In this document: piece by piece, positions 8,495 through 18,671 of the stretch
Layout of the letters: each line of letters starts with the position of its first letter
Position numbering within the stretch: the first letter of the stretch is position 1
From: an uncultured Lachnospiraceae bacterium
GTDB lineage: Bacteria > Bacillota > Clostridia > Christensenellales > UBA1242
Direction: 5' to 3'
DNA length: 64,000 nucleotides
NCBI GenBank assembly: GCA_964368755.1
Contig: CAYJCR010000004.1
Span: forward strand, 1,886-65,885
Notes under the pieces: model-generated
What the model saw: only the letters and a program-made list of their open reading frames with translations
Databases searched by the model: none
What the model was told of the DNA's origin: nothing
Program-made: the position numbers and the translations under genes

Positions 8495-10678
8495 ATGATA
8501 GCCGAAGTAATAGTAGATATTCTAAGCAGTAATGTAGATAAGATTTACGATTATATTATGCCTGAGCACTCTACTATAACTGTTGGAAGTAGGGTGCTTG
8601 TTTCATTTGCTAATAGGAATATTGAAGGCTACGTTATATCTGTCAAAGATACTTCCAGCTATGACAATCACAAACTCAAAACAATCATTAAGTCACTTGA
8701 TGCCCAGCCCGTACTCAATCCTAGGATGGTAGAGCTGAGCTTTTTTATGAAAGAGAAGTTCCATTTGAGGCACGCAGATACTCTTCGCTTGTGTCTACCT
8801 CCTCAAGTAAGGTCTACCATGACCGTTAAGCAGAAACGTAATGTCAAACTATCTAATACTGCCGACATATCTGCGCTAAGGAAGAATGCTTTGGCACAGA
8901 TTGGTATTGTTCAATACTTGACTGACAAAGCCTCCGAAGATATTGTTGTTCTCAACGATAAGTTTGGTTCTTCCGCCGTCAAGAAGTTGTTGGAGATGAA
9001 CTTTGTTGAGATAGAAGAACAAGAAGTGTTCTCAAAGTTCAACAACGCTTTGACTCTCGAAGAGAAGAAGTTTGAACTTAATGATGGACAGAAGATGGCA
9101 ATATCAAGTATTCTTGCAAGCCAAGACACGTTCCTTTTGCACGGAGTTACAGGTAGTGGCAAGACAGAAGTATATATGAGATGCATATCCAAGGTTATAG
9201 CAGAAGGTAAGACAGCCATAATGCTTGTACCTGAGATATCTCTTACTCCACAGATGTTGGGGAGATTCCGCAATAGATTCGGAGATAATGTTGCAATACT
9301 TCATAGTATGCTATCTCCTAGACAAAGATATGATGAATGGTATAGACTCAAGACTGGCAAGGCTAAGATTGCTCTAGGTGCTAGGTCTTGCATATTCGCC
9401 CCATTAGATAATGTTGGAATAATCATTATCGACGAAGAGCATGATCAGAGTTATTATAGTGAGAATAATCCAAGATTCTTTACTCATGAAGTGGCAAGAT
9501 TCTTGTCTAGTATTCATCATTGTCCATTGGTTCTAGGTAGTGCAACTCCAAGTATAGAGAGTTATTACAAAGCTAAGACCAATGAGTATAAGTTGCTCGA
9601 ACTCCCAAAGAGAGCCAACGATAAAGACTTGCCTAAGGTTCAGATAGTAGATATGCTCAGCGAGATACAGAATGGCAACAGTGGAATCTTTTCAGTTGCA
9701 TTTCTTGACGCACTTAGTGAGTGCGTATCTAACAACAAGCAAGCAATGATATTCATCAATCGCAGAGGCTTCTCATCGTTTATGATGTGCAAAGAATGTG
9801 GCTATGTCCCTAAGTGTGAAGACTGCGATGTTTCGCTAGTTTATCACAAAGAAGATGACTTGCTCAAATGTCACTACTGTGGCAAGAAGTATAGAGCTTT
9901 GACCAAATGTCCACAATGTGGAAGTGAGAGTATTAGATTCGGTGCAGTCGGCACCCAGAGAGTTGTAGAAGAGTTGCGTAAGCTATTCCCACAAGTGACT
10001 ATCTTGAGGCTAGACAACGACTCTACGGCTTCGCAAGGATCATACATAGAGATATTGGAGAAGTTCAATAACACAACTCCTGCTATCCTTGTAGGGACTC
10101 AGATGATAGCTAAGGGTCACGACTTCGGTCAAGTAACGCTTGTCGGTATCATAGATGCAGATTTGAGTCTACATTTTAGTGATTTTCGTGCCACGGAGAG
10201 GACTTATCAACTTATTACACAAGTCTCAGGCAGAGCAGGTAGAAGCAAAGATGAGGGCAAGATAATACTCCAGACATATTATCCTAAGCATTATGTGTAT
10301 AGATGTGCCGCCAATTATGATTATGCAAGGTTCTATGCCAAAGAGATTAACTTGCGTGAGACTTCACATTTTCCACCATTTTCTAAGATACTACGTGTGC
10401 TTATCAGTAGTGAAAGTGATGGCTTAGCTTATGAGACAACAAGGGATATCTATGACAAAGTCAAGGCGATCAAAAAAGATTATTATTATGATTTCATATT
10501 CTTGCAAGCAATGAAGTGCCCAAAGAAGCGTATTCAGAACAAGTATAGATATGAAGTATTGATGAGATATTTGACAACGAATGAAGAGAATATCACAGCT
10601 CGTGTGTATGCTAGTGTTGTCAACAATTATAAGAATGTTAATGTATTTATTGAATCTAATCCACAAAATCTAAGTTAA
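8495..10678 (+). CDS. priA: Primosomal protein N' (replication restart helicase PriA)
   Basis: Walker A GVTGSGKTEVY, DEEHD box, and Cys-rich Zn module CKECGYVPKCEDCDVSLVYH...CHYCG...CPQCGS. Confidence 0.93.
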   Translation: MIAEVIVDILSSNVDKIYDYIMPEHSTITVGSRVLVSFANRNIEGYVISVKDTSSYDNHKLKTIIKSLDAQPVLNPRMVELSFFMKEKFHLRHADTLRLCLPPQVRSTMTVKQKRNVKLSNTADISALRKNALAQIGIVQYLTDKASEDIVVLNDKFGSSAVKKLLEMNFVEIEEQEVFSKFNNALTLEEKKFELNDGQKMAISSILASQDTFLLHGVTGSGKTEVYMRCISKVIAEGKTAIMLVPEISLTPQMLGRFRNRFGDNVAILHSMLSPRQRYDEWYRLKTGKAKIALGARSCIFAPLDNVGIIIIDEEHDQSYYSENNPRFFTHEVARFLSSIHHCPLVLGSATPSIESYYKAKTNEYKLLELPKRANDKDLPKVQIVDMLSEIQNGNSGIFSVAFLDALSECVSNNKQAMIFINRRGFSSFMMCKECGYVPKCEDCDVSLVYHKEDDLLKCHYCGKKYRALTKCPQCGSESIRFGAVGTQRVVEELRKLFPQVTILRLDNDSTASQGSYIEILEKFNNTTPAILVGTQMIAKGHDFGQVTLVGIIDADLSLHFSDFRATERTYQLITQVSGRAGRSKDEGKIILQTYYPKHYVYRCAANYDYARFYAKEINLRETSHFPPFSKILRVLISSESDGLAYETTRDIYDKVKAIKKDYYYDFIFLQAMKCPKKRIQNKYRYEVLMRYLTTNEENITARVYASVVNNYKNVNVFIESNPQNLS

Positions 10679-10697
10679 ACATAAAAGGACAAATATA

Positions 10698-11180
10698 ATG
10701 GCTATACGAAGAGTATTAACAAAAGAAGAAAATGAAGAGTTCTTGAGAAAGAAGAGTAAAGTTGTCATCAGTTTTGATGATAGTCTTGCTATGCTCCTAG
10801 ATGATATGAAAGAGACTCTCATAAAGTATGATGGACTCGGACTTGCCGCACCACAAGTAGGGGTACTCAAACGTATAGTTATAGTACAGGTAGATGATAT
10901 TTTGTATGAACTTATCAACCCTACAATACTTCATCAGGAAGGTTCTTTTACTAGAGGAGAAGGTTGTCTAAGCCTTCCAGGATTGTATGAGAAAGTTACT
11001 CGTCCAACACTCGTTGTTGTCAAAGCTCAAGATAGACAAGGTGAGTATCACGAATATACCGTTGAGAATATGACAGCAAGAGCATTTTGTCATGAGATTG
11101 ATCACTTAGATGGTGTACTATTTATCGACAAAATATGCAAAGACACAACCCCAAAATCTTCAAAGAAAAGGAGTAAATAG
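10698..11180 (+). CDS. def: Peptide deformylase
   Basis: All three motifs are present: GLAAPQVG, EGCLSLPG, HEIDHLDG. Confidence 0.95.
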   Translation: MAIRRVLTKEENEEFLRKKSKVVISFDDSLAMLLDDMKETLIKYDGLGLAAPQVGVLKRIVIVQVDDILYELINPTILHQEGSFTRGEGCLSLPGLYEKVTRPTLVVVKAQDRQGEYHEYTVENMTARAFCHEIDHLDGVLFIDKICKDTTPKSSKKRSK

Positions 11181-12122
11181 ATGAAAGTTATTTTTCTTGG
11201 TAGTCCAGAACTATCAGCAAGTATATTGCAAGACTTACTTAACAGTCATCATAAGGTTGTGGGGGTTGTTACTCAGCCAGACAAACCAACAGGTAGGGGA
11301 CACAAACTATGTGCAACACCTGTCAAGATGCTAGCCGAACAACATAATATCCCTGTGTATCAATTCCGTAAGATTAGACTCGAAGGCGATGTGCTCAAAG
11401 AACTCAAAGCCGATATTATGGTGACGGCGGCTTTTGGTCAAATACTATCACAAGATAATATTAATATTACTCCACATGGCATTATCAATGTACATGCTTC
11501 ATTACTTCCGAAGTATCGTGGTAGTTGTCCTATCAATTGGACAATCATCAATGGAGAGAAGACAACAGGCGTGACCATCATGAAGACAGATGTTGGTATC
11601 GATACTGGGGATATGCTTATCACCCAGAAGATAGATATTACCGATGAAGACAACGTAGAGTCTTTGAGTGATAAAGTAGCCAAAGTCGGTGGTCCATTGC
11701 TTGTCAAAGCTCTTGATATGATAGAGAGTGGCAAAGCGAAGTTTAAGCCACAAAACCATGACAATATGTCATATTTTCCTATGCTTAAGAAGGATATGGG
11801 CAAGATAGATTTTGGCAAGACTGCTTTTGAGATAGTTAGATGGGTCAACGGACTCAATCCATGGCCACTTGCATATATTTGTGTTAACAATCTTGACAAT
11901 GTGGTCAAAGTCTACAAAGCTCAGAAGATAGATTATTGTGGCGATGAGCCTAATGGTACAATACTATTCGCAAACAGCCGAGAAGGTCTTGTAGTAAAGT
12001 GCAAGAAAGGGGCAGTTAGACTTGCTTCTTTGCAGGCACCGAATAGCCGTGTTATGAGAGATGTTGAGTTCCTTAATGGTAGGAAAGTTGATGTTATTTG
12101 TAATCAAAAGATTGGAGAATAG
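11181..12122 (+). CDS. fmt: Methionyl-tRNA formyltransferase
   Basis: N-terminal MKVIFLGSPE, HASLLPKYRGSCPINW motif, immediately after def. Confidence 0.93.
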   Translation: MKVIFLGSPELSASILQDLLNSHHKVVGVVTQPDKPTGRGHKLCATPVKMLAEQHNIPVYQFRKIRLEGDVLKELKADIMVTAAFGQILSQDNINITPHGIINVHASLLPKYRGSCPINWTIINGEKTTGVTIMKTDVGIDTGDMLITQKIDITDEDNVESLSDKVAKVGGPLLVKALDMIESGKAKFKPQNHDNMSYFPMLKKDMGKIDFGKTAFEIVRWVNGLNPWPLAYICVNNLDNVVKVYKAQKIDYCGDEPNGTILFANSREGLVVKCKKGAVRLASLQAPNSRVMRDVEFLNGRKVDVICNQKIGE

Positions 12123-13400
12123 ATGAAGAATAGATATACACAATGTTTGGATGCCTTGTCTAGTATTTATATTGATGGCAAGTATATCGCACAGGCAATT
12201 GAGCCATATATGTCGGACTCCAACGCATCGATTATTACCAAAGTTGTATATGGCGTTGTTGAGAACGATATTCAACTTGACTATATTATCAATCAATTAG
12301 TTAAGAAGGTCAAAGACATACCTGTACGTATAGTACTCAAGATAGGGGCATATTCTCTTGGTCATCTTGATAATATTCCTGACTATGCCATTGTTAACGA
12401 TTGTGTCAATCTAGTCAAAAGTGTTGGCTTCGGCTCAGCAAGTGGGCTAGTTAATGCCGTACTTAAGAAGATATCTACTAGGGCATACAATATGCCCAAA
12501 GTAGGCGACAAAGATTACCTTAGTGTTACATATAGCATTCCACAATGGTTGGTAGATAGGCTTGTCATTGATTATGGAGAGACAGTGGTATCTATATTAT
12601 CAAGTGATAAGATTCCTTCAACTGTGAGAGTGAATAGACTCAAATCAACTGATACGGAGTTCAGAAGTCTTATGGACAACAACAATATAAGATACTTGGA
12701 GACTGTTCTTCCGAATTGCTTTGCAGTAGATTACAAAGCCCTTAATAAGAACAAATCTATAAGAGCATTATGTGTACCACAAGGACTTAGTTCGATGCTA
12801 GTCATTGATAGTTTTGATTGTCAACCAGATATGATAGCATTGGATTGCTGTGCAGCCCCAGGTGGCAAGAGTATATATCTTGCTGAGAAGTTGACTAATG
12901 GTCATGTAGAGTCGTGGGATATACATCCACATAGGGTCAAGCTTATCGAAGATTATTCTAAGTCTGTTGGTGCAACCAATGTGATTGCCAAAGTTCAAGA
13001 TTCAACGATTGTCGATCCAACATTATTCGACAAGTTCGACCTTGTACTATGCGATGTGCCTTGTAGTGGTATTGGTACAATGTTGTCCAAACCTGACGTA
13101 TTGCTTAACCGCAAAGAAGAAGATATAGATAGCCTTAATGCCATTCAGTTCAAGATATTGGAAGTATGCTCACAGTATGTCAAAGAGGGTGGTCAACTCA
13201 TATACAGTACATGCAGTATTCTCAAAGATGAGAATGAGAGGATCGTAAGTAGATTTCTTGATGGCCACAAAGACTATGCAATTAGTCCAATCACCCTTCC
13301 TGTTGAGTCAATTGAGGGTATTGGCAACACATTGCTTCCAGATATAAGCAGAACTGATGGGTTCTATATAGCGAGGATAAATAGATGCAAGATACATTGA
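12123..13400 (+). CDS. rsmB: 16S rRNA (cytosine967-C5)-methyltransferase RsmB
   Basis: NusB-like N-terminal domain, SAM site DCCAAPGGKS, catalytic Cys motifs CDVPCSGIG and YSTCS. Confidence 0.9.
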   Translation: MKNRYTQCLDALSSIYIDGKYIAQAIEPYMSDSNASIITKVVYGVVENDIQLDYIINQLVKKVKDIPVRIVLKIGAYSLGHLDNIPDYAIVNDCVNLVKSVGFGSASGLVNAVLKKISTRAYNMPKVGDKDYLSVTYSIPQWLVDRLVIDYGETVVSILSSDKIPSTVRVNRLKSTDTEFRSLMDNNNIRYLETVLPNCFAVDYKALNKNKSIRALCVPQGLSSMLVIDSFDCQPDMIALDCCAAPGGKSIYLAEKLTNGHVESWDIHPHRVKLIEDYSKSVGATNVIAKVQDSTIVDPTLFDKFDLVLCDVPCSGIGTMLSKPDVLLNRKEEDIDSLNAIQFKILEVCSQYVKEGGQLIYSTCSILKDENERIVSRFLDGHKDYAISPITLPVESIEGIGNTLLPDISRTDGFYIARINRCKIH

Positions 13401-14416
13401 GTTTAACAAAACAAGAGTGGGAACAGTTCCTTATAGACAATGGTCAACCGAAGTATAGGGTTAAGCAGATTTTTGCTGAACTCCATCGTGGTAAGAAACT
13501 AAGTGAGATTACAACTCTCCCAAAGGCTTTTGTAGAGACCTGTTATAAGACTATGGAAGACACATCTCTTGAGATATATAAGAAGATTGAATCTAATGGT
13601 ACAACCAAGTTCCTTTACAAACTCGGCGATAATAACATTATCGAAGGCGTGCTTATGGACTACAAGCACGGTAAGTCACTATGTGTCTCTACTCAAGTCG
13701 GTTGTAGAATGGGTTGTGCATTTTGTGCCTCAGGTCTTGATGGATTGGTACGCAATTTGACGGCGGGTGAGATACTGGCGCAAGTCGTTCAAGTCAATAA
13801 ATATCTTGGTGGTGACGAAAAGAATCGCAAGGTCATCAACTTAGTTCTTATGGGAAGTGGAGAGCCGTTAGACAACTATGACAATACTACAAGATTCCTT
13901 ACCAATGTCAATGATCCAGATGGTATCAATATAAGTCAAAGAAATATATCGCTAAGCTCTTGTGGACTTGCAGATAAGATACGCAAACTTGCCGATGAAG
14001 GATATTCGGTCAACTTGAGTCTATCGCTACACGCTAGTACTGACGAAATACGTCGCAAGATTATGCCAATCTCTAGGGCATATACTATTCAAGAAGTAAT
14101 CGATGCGTGCAAGTACTATTTCGACAAAACAGGAAGAAGATTCATCATAGAATATACTATGATCAAAGGTATCAATGATAGCCTTGCCGATGCAGATAGA
14201 TTGTCGAGCATTCTCAAAGGTCTCACTTGTCACGTCAACGTTATCAACCTCAATCCTGTCAAAGAAAAAGATTTTAAGTCCTGTAACAAACACGAAGTAT
14301 ACGCATTTGTGAATAGACTTGAGGCTAATGGTACATCAGCATCAGCTAGAAGAACACTTGGCGATGATATAGAAGGGGCTTGTGGTCAACTAAGAAGGAA
14401 AGTTCTCTCCAAATAA
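13385..14416 (+). CDS. rlmN: 23S rRNA/tRNA (adenine-C2)-methyltransferase RlmN (radical SAM)
   Basis: GQPKYRVKQIF N-terminus, radical-SAM cluster CRMGCAFCASG, C-terminal GACGQL. 16 nt overlap with rsmB. Confidence 0.93.
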   Translation: MQDTLSLTKQEWEQFLIDNGQPKYRVKQIFAELHRGKKLSEITTLPKAFVETCYKTMEDTSLEIYKKIESNGTTKFLYKLGDNNIIEGVLMDYKHGKSLCVSTQVGCRMGCAFCASGLDGLVRNLTAGEILAQVVQVNKYLGGDEKNRKVINLVLMGSGEPLDNYDNTTRFLTNVNDPDGINISQRNISLSSCGLADKIRKLADEGYSVNLSLSLHASTDEIRRKIMPISRAYTIQEVIDACKYYFDKTGRRFIIEYTMIKGINDSLADADRLSSILKGLTCHVNVINLNPVKEKDFKSCNKHEVYAFVNRLEANGTSASARRTLGDDIEGACGQLRRKVLSK

Positions 14417-14465
14417 TTGACTATTATCAAGTATTGAAGTACCCTATAACAAAAGGAAATAATAT

Positions 14466-15359
14466 ATGGAAGGTCTAGTTATCAAGAACATATCCAATAT
14501 CTATACTGTTAATAGTAAGGGATGTTTTTTTGATTGCTTGGGTAGTGGTAAGGTCAAACAAGACGGTAAGATACTTGTTGGAGACAAAGTCATATTCGAT
14601 GACTTAGGGTCGGGCAAAGGCGTGATAACACAGGTCTGTGCGAGAGCAAATAGCTTCTGTAGACCACCTGTTGCCAATATCAAGAACTTACTTATTGTCA
14701 TATCTCCAATCCCAGAACCCGATTATTACCTAGTAGACAAGCTTGTTATATTCTGTCTTATCAATCGTATAAAACCTATAATTTGTGTTAATAAAGATGA
14801 TATTGTAACCGACGAGTTCAAAAGTAGTATTATCAGCCAGTACAAAGATGTTGTCAAGAATATTGTATTTGTAAGTGCAAAGACAAGGGCAGGATTGGAT
14901 AGCTTGTGTAAGTTGCTTAAGAATAAGATAACTTCACTTGTTGGGCAATCTGCTGTTGGCAAATCTTCTATAGCCAATGCACTTCTTGGTACAAGCATTA
15001 TAGTTGGCGATGTTTCGACTAAGACTGGTAGAGGTAAGCAAACTACAAGACATACCGAATTGTATGTCAATGGCGACATATTACTAATTGATACTGCAGG
15101 ATTTAGCAGTCTTGATATAGAACTTAGTTATGAGAATCTAGCCTTGCTTTATCCAGATATATCCAAGTATGTAGGCAGATGCAAGTACCATATGTGCTCA
15201 CATACCAACGAAGGCACAAAAGATTGTTTTGTCAAACAAATGGTTGCTTGTGGCAAGATAGACAAGAATAGATATGATAGATATGTCAAACTCTATCGTG
15301 AACTAAAAGATGGCAAACCTCAGAAGATAAATATGAAGAATGCGACAAGGAGGAAGTAA
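14466..15359 (+). CDS. rsgA: Ribosome small-subunit-dependent GTPase RsgA
   Basis: Circularly permuted GTPase with NKDD-like CVNKDD, G1 GQSAVGKSS, DTAGF, and C-terminal Zn knuckle CKYHMCSHTNEGTKDC. Confidence 0.9.
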   Translation: MEGLVIKNISNIYTVNSKGCFFDCLGSGKVKQDGKILVGDKVIFDDLGSGKGVITQVCARANSFCRPPVANIKNLLIVISPIPEPDYYLVDKLVIFCLINRIKPIICVNKDDIVTDEFKSSIISQYKDVVKNIVFVSAKTRAGLDSLCKLLKNKITSLVGQSAVGKSSIANALLGTSIIVGDVSTKTGRGKQTTRHTELYVNGDILLIDTAGFSSLDIELSYENLALLYPDISKYVGRCKYHMCSHTNEGTKDCFVKQMVACGKIDKNRYDRYVKLYRELKDGKPQKINMKNATRRK

Positions 15360-15363
15360 TAAT

Positions 15364-16017
15364 ATGGTCAAACTATCAGTATCCACCAATCCAGCACCTC
15401 AGGATCAACTCATCGATTATATTGCAGAACTCAATGACTTAGATATAGACTATATCCATTGTGATGTTATGGATGGTAAGTTTGTCTCAGCTAAGACATA
15501 TGGACCTAAGATGATCAAACTTATCAAAGCTAACACAAACTACCCATTAGACGTCCACCTTATGACCAAGAGTAGCCGTATTGTCAAGCGTTTTATCAAA
15601 GCGGGAGCAGACATCGTGACAGTTCATTATGAGATATTTGGGAGTGTTGCAAAGGCAGAAAAAGCACTTTTGCACATAGGTAAATGTGGGGCAGTCCCAG
15701 GGCTTGCTATCAATCCATATACGCCAGTTGAACTTATATATCCATTGTTGCCATATGTCAAAGTTTTGCTCGTTATGAGTGTAGTCCCTGGAGCAAGTGG
15801 ACAGAAGTTCATCGAAGAGACATATGACAGGATAACTAATATCCAAGCACAACTCGATATGCTCGAGATTGATGACACTATTATATCTGTTGATGGAGGT
15901 ATCAACCCAACCAATGCACCAAAACTCAAAAAACTCGGAGTCAAGATGCTAGCCTTGGGTAGTTGTATCTATAACGCATCTGATAGGGCAGATATCATAA
16001 ATTCACTCAAGTCATAG
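15364..16017 (+). CDS. rpe: Ribulose-phosphate 3-epimerase
   Basis: IHCDVMDGKFV, DVHLM and VDGGI motifs. Start moved to ATG 15364 (MVKLSVS), which has RBS AAGGAGGA upstream. Confidence 0.9.
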   Translation: MVKLSVSTNPAPQDQLIDYIAELNDLDIDYIHCDVMDGKFVSAKTYGPKMIKLIKANTNYPLDVHLMTKSSRIVKRFIKAGADIVTVHYEIFGSVAKAEKALLHIGKCGAVPGLAINPYTPVELIYPLLPYVKVLLVMSVVPGASGQKFIEETYDRITNIQAQLDMLEIDDTIISVDGGINPTNAPKLKKLGVKMLALGSCIYNASDRADIINSLKS

Positions 16018-16068
16018 TAACATTTTGACCAACTCAACTCATATATACTACCAAAAGGTAGGTTTCAT

Positions 16069-16152
16069 ATGAAAATATATTGTTTTAAGTCGCCGAAATG
16101 TCTTAGGGTATTGTTGAGACTATTATTCAGGAAAAATTATATCAAACTCTAA
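16069..16152 (+). CDS. Candidate 27-aa cationic small protein (unannotated sORF)
   Basis: My translation is MKIYCFKSPKCLRVLLRLLFRKNYIKL. AGGTAGG lies 6 nt upstream of the ATG, and a clean terminator follows 20 nt after the stop. No homology is recognisable to me. Confidence 0.3.
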   Translation: MKIYCFKSPKCLRVLLRLLFRKNYIKL

Positions 16153-16173
16153 TGCAAGTATAATTATTGTTGC

Positions 16174-16203
16174 AGTCACTTTTTTCTAGAGTGACTTTTT
16201 TAT
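16174..16203 (+). terminator. Intrinsic terminator (rpe / sORF unit)
   Basis: Stem AGTCACT / AGTGACT, 9-nt loop, then T-run. Confidence 0.7.
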
Positions 16204-16251
16204 TATAGTAAATAATAATGCATAAAATATGACAAAAGATATATTTTTGTT

Positions 16252-16280
16252 TGCATTTTGTGTTTGTTTGTAGTAAAATC
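16252..16280 (+). promoter_or_regulatory. Sigma-A type promoter for yloU-yloV-like operon
   Basis: TTGCAT (16252-16257), 17 nt spacer, TAAAAT (16275-16280). Implies a 5' UTR of about 85 nt. Confidence 0.45.
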
Positions 16281-16368
16281 ATTACATCAAATGTAGTATA
16301 AGGCTTGTGCTTATAACGAGTCTTTGCTTGTGATTATCTAACAAATATATAATAAAGGTTTGGGTATT

Positions 16369-16719
16369 ATGTCAGTCAAAACTTCCAATGCATATGGTGA
16401 TATAACTATTACCGATGAGGCTATTGCTGTCGTCGCAGGTTTTACTGCGCTTGATTGTTATGGTGTTGTTGACCTAGTCAACAAGAAAGCGACTGACAAC
16501 TTTCCTGAGCTTTTTAATAGACAGTCACTTGGACGTGGTATCAAACTTACAACATTGGGCAATCGTATTACAATTGACTTATCAGTTATACTTAAGTATG
16601 GAGTATCTATCAACGCAGTCGCTGACTCGCTTAAGAAATCCGTTAAGTATAGTGTAGAGAAGTTTACTGGTATGATTGTTGATGCTGTCAACGTACAAGT
16701 CATTGGCGTAAGAGTATAG
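16369..16719 (+). CDS. Asp23/Gls24-family envelope stress protein (YloU-like)
   Basis: MSVKTSNAYGDITITDEAIAVVAGFTALDCYGVV... is a typical Asp23 N-terminus. Start set at ATG 16369 (RBS AAAGG). Paired with a DAK2 protein as in yloU-yloV. Confidence 0.85.
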   Translation: MSVKTSNAYGDITITDEAIAVVAGFTALDCYGVVDLVNKKATDNFPELFNRQSLGRGIKLTTLGNRITIDLSVILKYGVSINAVADSLKKSVKYSVEKFTGMIVDAVNVQVIGVRV

Positions 16720-16749
16720 ATAAGTAGACCTTTTTTTGTCGGAGGAAAG

Positions 16750-18387
16750 ATGATTAAAAGTGTAAATGGTGCTACTTTCAGGAAAATGATTGTGGCGGCA
16801 GCCAACCTTTTAGAAGAGAATAAGAAGTTTGTTGACGCATTGAATGTGTTCCCAGTACCAGATGGTGATACGGGTACCAATATGTGTCTTACATTCAAAT
16901 CTGCAACCAAGGAAGTTAACAACTGCCTTAATAATAATATGGATGCTTTGGGCGAAGCTTTGACCAAAGGAGCATTGCGTGGTGCTAGAGGTAACTCTGG
17001 TGTTATTTTGTCGCAGATACTCAAAGGTATGGCTTCGGTATTAGTACAATATTCAGAGTTCAATACTAAGGCATTTGCCAAAGCCCTCAAAGAAGGCTCA
17101 GATGTTGCCTATCAAGCAGTCACAAAGCCTAAGGAAGGCACAATCTTGACTGTTATCAGAACAATGGCTGAATGTGCTCTCAATGCTTGTAAGAAGCACT
17201 CAGATTTTGAGACATTCCTCAAAGTAGTGTTAGACAAAGGTGAAGAGATATTGCAACAGACCCCTGAGATGTTACCAGTACTTAAGAAAGCTGGCGTTGT
17301 CGATGCAGGTGGTAGAGGACTTGTTATACTCTTTACTGGTTTTTATAAAGTTATCATTAATGACGAGTCTATGAAGTTCGAGTTCGCAGATACTGCAGCT
17401 ACTATGGACAAAGTTAATGAGTTCCATGCTCACCTTGTTGATCTTGCGGAGATACAATTTGCTTATTGCACAGAGTTTATGATCATCAACTTATTCAAGA
17501 AGACAACTGAGAGCGATATTGACAAACTCCGTGTTAGATTAATGGAGATAGGAGACTCTGTCATCTGTATTGGTGACCTTCAATTAGTCAAAGTTCATGT
17601 TCATACCAATACTCCTAACGTTGCATTGGGCTATGCACTTGAGCTTGGCGAACTTACCAATATGAAGATAGAGAATATGCTTGAACAGAACAGAGAGTTG
17701 CTCAAAGCTACCAACAAGACCGAGCCACTCAAACAGTATGGTATGGTTGCAGTAGCGGCTGGAACTGGTATCAGTACAATATTCAAAGACCTTACAGTTG
17801 ACTATGTCATCGAAGGTGGACAGACAATGAACCCAAGTGCTAACGATATCGCTGGTGCTGTGGATAGGGTGAATGCACAGAATGTGTTTGTATTCCCAAA
17901 TAATAAGAATATCATCTTGGCTGCTGAACAAGCACAAGCTCTAACCAATAAGAATATCGTAGTCATTCCTACTAAGAGTGTGCCAGAAGGTATATCTGCT
18001 TGTCTTGCATTCAATGAAGAAGCAAGTGTAGAAGACAACTTGGAGACGATGACAGATTCTATCAACAATGTTAAGTCTGGAGCAGTCACATATGCAGTAA
18101 GAGATACTCACGTTGATGGTTTTGATTTGTCAATAGGAGAAATTATCGGACTCGACAATAAGGCTATTTTGGCTAAAGGCAAGACTGTTGCCCCAACCGT
18201 AGAGGCATTACTTGATAAGATGGTAGATAACAATACTGTTAATATTAGCTTGTTTTATGGAGAAGATATCAAACAGGAAGAGGCTGAGAAGCTTAATAAT
18301 GTGCTTGCAGAGAAATATCCTGCATGTGAAGTCTCAGTATTATTTGGTGGACAACCAGTTTATTATTACATTATTTCTGTTGAATAA
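16750..18387 (+). CDS. DAK2 (DhaL) domain fusion protein, YloV family
   Basis: N-terminal DhaL domain with DGDTGTNM and GARGNSG motifs. The C-terminal half resembles DegV/FakA-type folds. 545 aa, as for B. subtilis YloV. Confidence 0.85.
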   Translation: MIKSVNGATFRKMIVAAANLLEENKKFVDALNVFPVPDGDTGTNMCLTFKSATKEVNNCLNNNMDALGEALTKGALRGARGNSGVILSQILKGMASVLVQYSEFNTKAFAKALKEGSDVAYQAVTKPKEGTILTVIRTMAECALNACKKHSDFETFLKVVLDKGEEILQQTPEMLPVLKKAGVVDAGGRGLVILFTGFYKVIINDESMKFEFADTAATMDKVNEFHAHLVDLAEIQFAYCTEFMIINLFKKTTESDIDKLRVRLMEIGDSVICIGDLQLVKVHVHTNTPNVALGYALELGELTNMKIENMLEQNRELLKATNKTEPLKQYGMVAVAAGTGISTIFKDLTVDYVIEGGQTMNPSANDIAGAVDRVNAQNVFVFPNNKNIILAAEQAQALTNKNIVVIPTKSVPEGISACLAFNEEASVEDNLETMTDSINNVKSGAVTYAVRDTHVDGFDLSIGEIIGLDNKAILAKGKTVAPTVEALLDKMVDNNTVNISLFYGEDIKQEEAEKLNNVLAEKYPACEVSVLFGGQPVYYYIISVE

Positions 18388-18449
18388 TATATGTTAAAAT
18401 AATTATTAGATTTTTTTAATAAAAACTTCAAAAAAATCAAAAAAATATG

Positions 18450-18478
18450 TTGACTTGCAATTAATATTTTGCTATATT
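18450..18478 (+). promoter_or_regulatory. Sigma-A type promoter of tRNA operon
   Basis: TTGACT (18450-18455), 17 nt spacer, TATATT (18473-18478), preceded by an A-rich UP-like tract. Confidence 0.6.
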
Positions 18479-18514
18479 TATAGAGCATTCTTATTAAGGG
18501 TGCTTATAGCATAT

Positions 18515-18590
18515 GGGAGCATAGCTCAGTTGGGAGAGCATCTGCCTTACAAGCAGAGGGTCATAGGTTCGAGCCCTATTGTTCCCACCA
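18515..18590 (+). tRNA. tRNA-Val (anticodon TAC), CCA encoded
   Basis: GGGAGCATAGCTCAGTTGGGAGAGCATCTGCCTTACAAGCAGAGGGTCATAGGTTCGAGCCCTATTGTTCCCACCA. Acceptor GGGAGCA/TGTTCCC, anticodon loop CTTACAA, T-loop GGTTCGAGCC. Confidence 0.93.
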
Positions 18591-18671
18591 TATACATAAT
18601 TGCTCAGGAGTCTCCCGAGCAATTGTTGTATAAAGTGTCCTTTTATGTTCAATACTCATATATAACTATAT

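Noticed and set aside
16458-17090. 210-aa minus-strand ORF
   Set aside because: It is antisense to the Asp23 and DAK2 genes, both of which have strong motif support. It has no RBS or promoter.
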